DNA from: Acidimicrobiales bacterium
Lineage (GTDB): Bacteria > Actinomycetota > Acidimicrobiia > Acidimicrobiales > Bog-793
Length of the DNA: 48,648 nucleotides
Reading direction: 5' to 3'
NCBI GenBank assembly: GCA_049696635.1
Contig: JBAVUF010000160.1
Span: 1 to 48,648, forward strand
Position numbers and translations under genes: made by a program. Below, piece by piece: positions 43,005 through 48,648 of the stretch (position 1 is the first letter of the stretch; each line of letters opens with the position of its first letter). The notes beneath the pieces were generated by a model. That model worked only from the letters and a program-made list of their open reading frames with translations. It searched no databases and was not told the origin of the DNA.

Positions 43005-43460
43005 TCAGTCTCCGCGAACGATGACGACCGGACTGTGCGCGTGCGTCGAAAGGAACTCGCTGACGGACCCGAGCAACATGCCCGCGAATTCACCGTGGCC
43101 CCTGCTGCCGACTACGACGAGTGATGCGGTACGCGATGCCTCGACGAGCACGAGCGCGGCATATCCGCGCAAAACCTTCCGCGCGACCTGTGGCGCTCGA
43201 TCGGGGCCTAGCGCCTTTTCAATGCTTTCGACAAGTATCTGCCGTCCGTCGTCTTCGAAGTCCGTGACGCTCGGCAACGGAGCGAGGACACCGAAGCGTC
43301 TGGGCCACTCCCACGCGTAGATTGCAACAAGAGGGTGCCCCATCTGGCGCGCGTACTCCGCAGCCCATTCAAGCGCACGACGAGACGAGTCCGATCCATC
43401 GACCCCGACGACGACGGCGCCGGGGACGTCAAGTTCGCTCTGCTCTGCATGGTTCGCCAT
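43005..43460 (-). CDS. universal stress protein (UspA family)
   Basis: VVVGVDGSDSSRRALEWAAEYA ... LVVVGSRGHGEFAGMLLGSVSEFLSTHAHSPVVIV. I prefer ATG 43460. Confidence 0.85.
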   Translation of the reverse strand: MANHAEQSELDVPGAVVVGVDGSDSSRRALEWAAEYARQMGHPLVAIYAWEWPRRFGVLAPLPSVTDFEDDGRQILVESIEKALGPDRAPQVARKVLRGYAALVLVEASRTASLVVVGSRGHGEFAGMLLGSVSEFLSTHAHSPVVIVRGD

Positions 43461-43756
43461 CACGTTCTGTTCGCCTCCACGTACGCGCACGAACACATGC
43501 CGCGCACATACGTCTCAGATTGAACGCCTGGCGCGAAGATCCGCAAGGGCCATAAGTCACCGTTCGTGCCGACGATGGCGAAGGAACCGCCGTCATCTTC
43601 AGGATGGAAAAACGTGAACCTTTGCTGTCGCCAAAATCATTGACTCATTCGAACCCAGATTGGGGACGGCGTTTGCGAAATCGCCCACACCCCGAGGGAG
43701 AAGCGGTCCTGTCCAGACCAATCGAGTCGTTTCTCGAGCACGAGTGGCGATGAAAG

Positions 43757-44413
43757 CTATTCCGGTTCGGCGTAGGAGGGCCGTGAGTGTTGCTCAGCGC
43801 GCACGGCGAATACGGCGGCTTCGGTTCGGCGCTTCATCCCCAGCTTGAGCAGGACATTGGAGACGTAGTTCTTCACCGTCTTTTCGGCAAGGTAAAGCTC
43901 GGCCGCGATATCGCGGTTTGTCTTGCCTTCGGCGATCAGGCTGAGAATCCTCCGCTCCTGGGGAGACAGACGGTCGAGCAGCGTGTCGCTCCGCTCACCT
44001 CGGAGTCGTTCCCTCGCGCGAGCGACGAGCAGCGGGTCGAGGAGCGATTCGCCACGAGCTACCCGGCGAACCGAGCCAACCAAGTCGGTGCCGCGGATCT
44101 GTTTGAGCACATAGCCCGATGCCCCGGCCAGCACCGCGCCGAGGAGGGCTTCGTCGTCGGAGAACGAGGTCAGCATGAGACAGGCGACATCGGGAGCAAT
44201 CGTCCGGATCTCTCGGCAGACCTCGATCCCGTCTCCGTCGGGAAGGCGCACGTCGAGAATTGCCACGTCTGGTCGACACGCAGGGATCCGCGCGAGTGCT
44301 TCGGCTGCCGTGGACGCCTCGCCGACGACTTCAAGATCGTCTTCCGCGGAGAGGAGCTCGTACACGCCTCGTCGCACGACCTCATGGTCGTCGAGCAGGA
44401 ACACTCCGGTCAT
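43757..44413 (-). CDS. NarL/LuxR-family response regulator (DevR/DosR-like architecture)
   Basis: Receiver (VFLLDDHEVVRRGV...PDVAILDVRLPDGDGIEV...MLTSF) plus LuxR HTH (LSPQERRILSLIAEGKTNRDIAAELYLAEKTVKNYVSNVLLKLG). I prefer ATG 44413 over the track start 44602. Confidence 0.9.
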   Translation of the reverse strand: MTGVFLLDDHEVVRRGVYELLSAEDDLEVVGEASTAAEALARIPACRPDVAILDVRLPDGDGIEVCREIRTIAPDVACLMLTSFSDDEALLGAVLAGASGYVLKQIRGTDLVGSVRRVARGESLLDPLLVARARERLRGERSDTLLDRLSPQERRILSLIAEGKTNRDIAAELYLAEKTVKNYVSNVLLKLGMKRRTEAAVFAVRAEQHSRPSYAEPE

Positions 44414-44822
44414 GCGCGCCACGTCCTTGATCCGTCCACCGTAGACATTCTGTCGATCTTCACGGCTGTCTCTTCCAGGCATCCAGGGCCGAAGGTCCCT
44501 AGACACCTCAGCATGTTGGCCACATTTTCGTAAACCTATCCGGCGTTTATGAGCTTTATGACGCCGACGAGATCGGCGTGCGCGAACGGTAAGGGGTCGC
44601 AACCAAGATCAGCCAACCGATCCGAAGATCATCGCAGTCTGCGCGCCGCCGCGGTCACTGTGAGCCCGCAGCGGATTGCGGTGAGATCCCCCAAAAGCCC
44701 TAGGACCTACGGCCTACCTGACTCGTGACTTTCGACCCTTACCGCGCTGCGTGTGTTTCCGGCACGCTTGCATCACGTACGCATTTACCTATCGGCTGAT
44801 GCGTTGAGAAAGGGGCAGGAAC

Positions 44823-45437
44823 ATGCGTAGGAAGACGTTCGACCTGATCCTGACGAGTGGAGGGGCGCTAGTGGTCGTTGTCCTCCTCGCCGCAGGTGCA
44901 TTGGCAATGTGGGGCTACTCGTACTCGAACACGTCGGTGAGGAACCAACTCGCCGCCCAGCAGATCTTCTTCCCGGCGAAGGCGGCCTTTGCACATCCGA
45001 AGGCCGGAACAGAGATCACGCCGGCGATGACGAAGACCGTCGAGCCGTACGCCGGTCAGCAGGTCTTGAACGGCCAGCAGGCGGCGGTGTACGCGAACGA
45101 CTTCATCGCCGTTCACCTATCAGAGATGCCGTACCACGGCGTCTATTCGTTGGTGAGCGGGGCGGCTCGTGCCGCGAAGCCGGGGTCAACACAGGCGACG
45201 ACGCTCGCCGCGGTCGAGACGACCGTGTTCCAAGGCACGACGCTGCGTGGCCTGCTGCTCGAAGCGAACGGCTTTTGGACCTTCGGTCAGATCGCCCTTT
45301 GGGCGGGCATCATCGCGTTCATCTTCGCGGGCGTGATGGCCTTGATGACCGGACTCGGCGTCTGGCACCTGCGGAAGGTGTCGGCGGCGGAAGAAGTATT
45401 CCCGAGGCTCTACAAGGAAGCGTCCAAGGCCGCCTAG
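44823..45437 (+). CDS. membrane protein (N- and C-terminal TM helices, hypothetical)
   Basis: 204 aa with TM segments GGALVVVVLLAAGALAMWGY and IALWAGIIAFIFAGVMALMTGLGVW. No family is named. Confidence 0.6.
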   Translation: MRRKTFDLILTSGGALVVVVLLAAGALAMWGYSYSNTSVRNQLAAQQIFFPAKAAFAHPKAGTEITPAMTKTVEPYAGQQVLNGQQAAVYANDFIAVHLSEMPYHGVYSLVSGAARAAKPGSTQATTLAAVETTVFQGTTLRGLLLEANGFWTFGQIALWAGIIAFIFAGVMALMTGLGVWHLRKVSAAEEVFPRLYKEASKAA

Positions 45438-45768
45438 GGACGAGGTGTCCGGGGGTCGAAAGGCCCTCGGGACCGAGAAGACCCCCTCGTCTTCTCGATC
45501 TGCTGCGCCGGTTCCGAGCAGGACGCTCGGGCCGGCGCAGCAGCGCGTCACCTCCCAGCGCAGCGCGACGACCGCTCTCTTTGATTCGGTCTATTTGGCA
45601 CCGAAGGCCAGAGGTTGAATGTGTGATCCTCTCTGAGCCGGAGACGAGAATTGAGCGAACTCGTGGAAAAGCGGTTCGACGCCGTGCGCTCGGCGAGGGA
45701 GAAGGTCAAGCGATCCGACTGACCGCGCTACGGCTTGAATCGATCCGTCCGCTCAGAACCGCCCGTTG

Positions 45769-46146
45769 CTACTTGCTGATGCGCGCCTGCAGGATTCCCT
45801 CGACCGAATCGGGATCATCCGGCGAGATCGTCGGGACGATACGGCCGAAACCCCTGTGGATCTCGAGCGCCAACGTCTTGCTCGGGCGCATCGGATCGAG
45901 GTTCCACCAGTGGACAAAGTCGCCTGATCCCCAGATTCGCCACTTCCCCGTGAGGGCGGACATTTGTCTCCGTTCTACGGAGCGAATTTTCGTGTAGGGG
46001 ATCTTCTTCGATCCCCAGAGGTAGTACCAACGGATGATCAGTTGGTGTTCATCACAAGCGATGCGGCCGTCGTCGTAGAGCACGGAGCCATTGTTACGGG
46101 CTCGAGCTACGCGAGTCCCCGACTCGATCCTTGGATTGGCTCGCAC
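45769..46146 (-). CDS. small hypothetical protein
   Basis: Only the C-terminal ~125 codons of the 271-aa track ORF look coding: ..VLYDDGRIACDEHQLIIRWYYLWGSKKIPYTKIRSVERRQMSALTGKWRIWGSGDFVHWWNLDP... The upstream part overlaps the APH-like gene in another frame. The start may be GTG 46146 or GTG 46083. Confidence 0.5.
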   Translation of the reverse strand: MRANPRIESGTRVARARNNGSVLYDDGRIACDEHQLIIRWYYLWGSKKIPYTKIRSVERRQMSALTGKWRIWGSGDFVHWWNLDPMRPSKTLALEIHRGFGRIVPTISPDDPDSVEGILQARISK

Positions 46147-46183
46147 GAAGAGCTTGACGCGTGCTAGCGGTCTGCCGCGATCG

Positions 46184-47278
46184 CTACGCGCCGATGCTTT
46201 CGAGACGCCCCGCCGCCGTGGCCGCGAGCGCGGGGACGATCTGTTCGAACCTGGCGGCGCGCGCGTCCTGCGCCGGTAACTCGCCACGGATGAACCGCCC
46301 GTAGATCGCCTCACAGAACACCGTCGCCTTCCACAATGCGAGGGCTTCGAACCACGGCAGATCGTCGAGCTGAATTCCGCTGCGTTCGGCATAGCGCGCG
46401 ACGAGCTCTTCGCGCGTTGGGAACCCGGGAAGAGCCGTGACCGGGGAGGTGCCGAGCGGGCTCGGCGCGCCTCCGGGTTCCGAGTACGTCGCGAGGAGAT
46501 AGCCGACGTCGGCTCGCGGATCGCCGATCGCGCCCATCTCCCAGTCCAAGACGGCGACGATCCGCTCCGGCCGTTCGAGAGCAACGATCATGTTCCCGAG
46601 CCGGTAGTCGCCGTGCACGACGACCGGGCCGAGCGGTTCAGGAAGCGACGCGTACAGCCGCTCGCCGACCCGCTCGACGATCGGAAGCGCCCTGGTGGCG
46701 TTGACCTCCCACAGCCCCGAGAAGCGACGCACCTGGCGTTCGAGATAGCTCCCCGGCCGGGCGAGTGGGGCAAGCGCCGGTGACGAGACGTCCGCGGCGT
46801 GGATCTCGATGAGCACGTCGACGAGATCCGCCCCCAAGCGACCGCGGGCAGCCTCCTCGTCGAGTCCACGAGGAAGCTCGCTCGTGACAACGAACCCTTC
46901 GATGAAGTCGGCCACGTAGAACGGCACGCCGAGTAACGAGGGGTCTTCGCATACCGCGCGGATGCGCGGCACGCGTATGCCGAGCGGTTCCAAGGCGCGT
47001 TGCAGTCGTGCTTCGCGGACGACGTCGTGCGCGGTGGGAGGAAGCGGCGGACGCGGCGGGCGGCGGAGCACGTAACGGGCGTCACGGCGCTCAACGAGGA
47101 AGGAGAAGTTCGAACCACCTCCTTCGCCGATGCGCGAGACGCGAACCGGCCCCGCGCCGAGGTCCTGGTCGTCGAGGAAGTCCCGCAGGACCTCGAGCAC
47201 GATGAGCGGCGAGCGCTCGCAGCGCGCCGCTTCGGCCGCGGTCTCGACGACTTCGGGCGCGCTGGAGCCGGCGTTCAA
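46184..47278 (-). CDS. phosphotransferase (APH/choline-kinase-like) family protein
   Basis: Brenner-type catalytic loop VVHGDYRLGNMIV and VLDWEMGAIGDPRADVGYLL. The TTG start overlaps the LLM gene stop. Confidence 0.85.
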   Translation of the reverse strand: MNAGSSAPEVVETAAEAARCERSPLIVLEVLRDFLDDQDLGAGPVRVSRIGEGGGSNFSFLVERRDARYVLRRPPRPPLPPTAHDVVREARLQRALEPLGIRVPRIRAVCEDPSLLGVPFYVADFIEGFVVTSELPRGLDEEAARGRLGADLVDVLIEIHAADVSSPALAPLARPGSYLERQVRRFSGLWEVNATRALPIVERVGERLYASLPEPLGPVVVHGDYRLGNMIVALERPERIVAVLDWEMGAIGDPRADVGYLLATYSEPGGAPSPLGTSPVTALPGFPTREELVARYAERSGIQLDDLPWFEALALWKATVFCEAIYGRFIRGELPAQDARAARFEQIVPALAATAAGRLESIGA

Positions 47279-48201
47279 GCGTGCGCTGCGAACGCGTCAA
47301 TCGCTGCCGAAAGGTCGGCACGGGGTGCGATCGGAGTCACGACCGCGGTGGTTATGCCGGCATCGGCGAAGGCGCGTAGTCGGGCGCGTTGCTCTTCGAA
47401 CGAACCCAATAAGAAGATCTCCCGGACAAGTTCTTCGGGCGCACGTTCGAACGCCGCTGCGCGGTCGCCCGCCTGCCAGGCGGCCACGACGGGCTCGAGC
47501 GATTCTCCCCACCCGAGCCAGCGGAAGTACTCCGTGTACACCGGGACCGTCGCGTAAGCGAGGAGAGTCCGTTTCGCGACGACGAGCGCCTCGTCTATCG
47601 GTCCAACCACGGAGAAGAAACGGCAGGCGAGCTCTTTGTCCGGCGATGCGAACGTCTCAACTACGGTCGCCACGCTCGACAGCGGCAAGAAGTTGGTGAA
47701 CGCGCCGTCGGCCAGCTCTGCCGCGAGCTTCAGCATCCGGGGGCGAAGTGCGGCGATCACGATCGGCACCGGCCGCTCGGGAGGTTGTGCGAGGCGGAAT
47801 CCCCCGTCGCCCCGTTCGCCGGCGAGCACCCGCTTCAGGTATCCGACGGTTTCGCGCATCGTTTCGAGTGGGCGTTCGAAAGCGATCCGGTTCCAGTTTT
47901 CCACGATGACGTTCGAAGACGTGCCGAGGCCCAACACGAACCGACCACCGCTCAGCTGGTCGAGCGCCGCGGCGGTCTGGGCGAGCAGCGCGCGCCCGCG
48001 AGTGAAGACGTTCAGCACGCCGCTCGCGAGGCGAAGGCGGCTGCTGTTCTCTGCGGCGACGGCGAGCGGGGTCACACCGTCGAGATTGACGGATTCTTCC
48101 GACCACACGCTGTCGAACCCGGAAACTTCAGCCTGCCGGACAAGATCTGCAAGCTCGGACAGAGGGACGTCCCGAAACGGGATCGTGAGGCCGATTCGCA
48201 C
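47275..48201 (-). CDS. LLM-class (luciferase-like) flavin/F420-dependent oxidoreductase
   Basis: MRIGLTIPFRD...GFDSVWSEES...GRFVLGLGTSSNVIVENWN ... a typical LLM pattern. Confidence 0.85.
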   Translation of the reverse strand: MRIGLTIPFRDVPLSELADLVRQAEVSGFDSVWSEESVNLDGVTPLAVAAENSSRLRLASGVLNVFTRGRALLAQTAAALDQLSGGRFVLGLGTSSNVIVENWNRIAFERPLETMRETVGYLKRVLAGERGDGGFRLAQPPERPVPIVIAALRPRMLKLAAELADGAFTNFLPLSSVATVVETFASPDKELACRFFSVVGPIDEALVVAKRTLLAYATVPVYTEYFRWLGWGESLEPVVAAWQAGDRAAAFERAPEELVREIFLLGSFEEQRARLRAFADAGITTAVVTPIAPRADLSAAIDAFAAHA

Positions 48202-48221
48202 GGTCGCTTACTGTAAGCCGC

Positions 48222-48648
48222 GTGTTCCCGACGACCGCCATCGTCACCGGCGGCGCGTCTGGCATCGGAGCCGCCGTTACGAACCTTTTGCAAAACGAAG
48301 GTTGCGCCGTGCGCGTCCTCGACCTCGCCACAGGATTCGACGTCGACGACCCACGGGCCTGGGAGCAGGTCGGACCCGTCGAGTTCGCGTGCCTGAATGC
48401 CGGAGTGACGACCGGCGAAGGCGACATCGCGAAGCTCACCGATGACGCGTACCGGCGCATCCTCGGCGCGAACGTGAACGGCGTCGTGTACGGCACGCGC
48501 CGGATGGCGCAGGTGATGACCGGTGGGGGGGCCGTCGTCGCCACCGCTTCGCTCGCCGGGCTGACGGCGCTTGCGACAGACCCCCTCTATTCGCTCACGA
48601 AGCACGCAGTGGTCGGATTCGTCCGCAGCGTCGCGCCGTCGCTCGAGG
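48222..48648 (+). CDS. short-chain dehydrogenase/reductase (SDR), N-terminal part; runs off the right edge
   Basis: Absent from the ORF track because no stop lies in the window. My translation from GTG 48222 is VFPTTAIVTGGASGIGAAVTNLLQNEGCAVRVLDLA...NAGV...ATASLAGL...YSLTKHAVVGFVRS. It shows the TGxxxGIG, NAG and YxxxK motifs. Confidence 0.8.
   Translation, partial: MFPTTAIVTGGASGIGAAVTNLLQNEGCAVRVLDLATGFDVDDPRAWEQVGPVEFACLNAGVTTGEGDIAKLTDDAYRRILGANVNGVVYGTRRMAQVMTGGGAVVATASLAGLTALATDPLYSLTKHAVVGFVRSVAPSLE

Noticed and set aside
43497-44822. DosR-type palindromic boxes near the USP and regulator genes.
   Set aside because: Only isolated GGGAC-like half sites are seen. No properly spaced palindrome is present.

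Overview
A 48.6-kb, high-GC chromosome segment with actinobacterial-style genes, many of them translationally coupled through ATGA/GTGA overlaps. All homology calls rest on motifs I recognise by eye; no searches were run.

The window splits into three parts.

(1) 1-5.6 kb, ordinary genes: a PadR-regulated ABC exporter operon, a MarR regulator, thiC behind a TPP riboswitch, and a YciI-like gene.

(2) About 5.6-21.7 kb, a decayed accessory region. It is organised around three same-strand copies of the 3' half of a tRNA-Gly(GCC) (5693, 11541, 18421). None of them is a complete tRNA. The region contains:
- an intact ISL3 insertion with an 8-bp target duplication
- iteron-like 11/13-mer arrays
- an intact 806-aa primase-polymerase (AEP)-SF2 helicase fusion
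- a convergent HTH/PIN pair
- a crippled tyrosine integrase
- a decayed second AEP copy
- truncated glpD, CDF-transporter and serine-recombinase genes
- intact cargo: a beta-hydroxyacid dehydrogenase, an S53 peptidase, two SRPBCC genes, a stand-alone ClpX-type zinc finger and secreted proteins

(3) 22-48.6 kb, mostly housekeeping: pstSCAB, a GT39-like glycosyltransferase, a Phd/HicA-like pair, a porGAB operon coupled to a GltD-like/ferredoxin fusion, a PfkB kinase, a 6-phosphofructokinase, a GNAT-(ADP-forming acyl-CoA synthetase) fusion, a PAS-GAF histidine kinase with USP and NarL regulator, and APH-like, LLM and SDR genes.

The best candidate for something new is the AEP-helicase gene together with its repeat arrays and the tRNA-half junctions.
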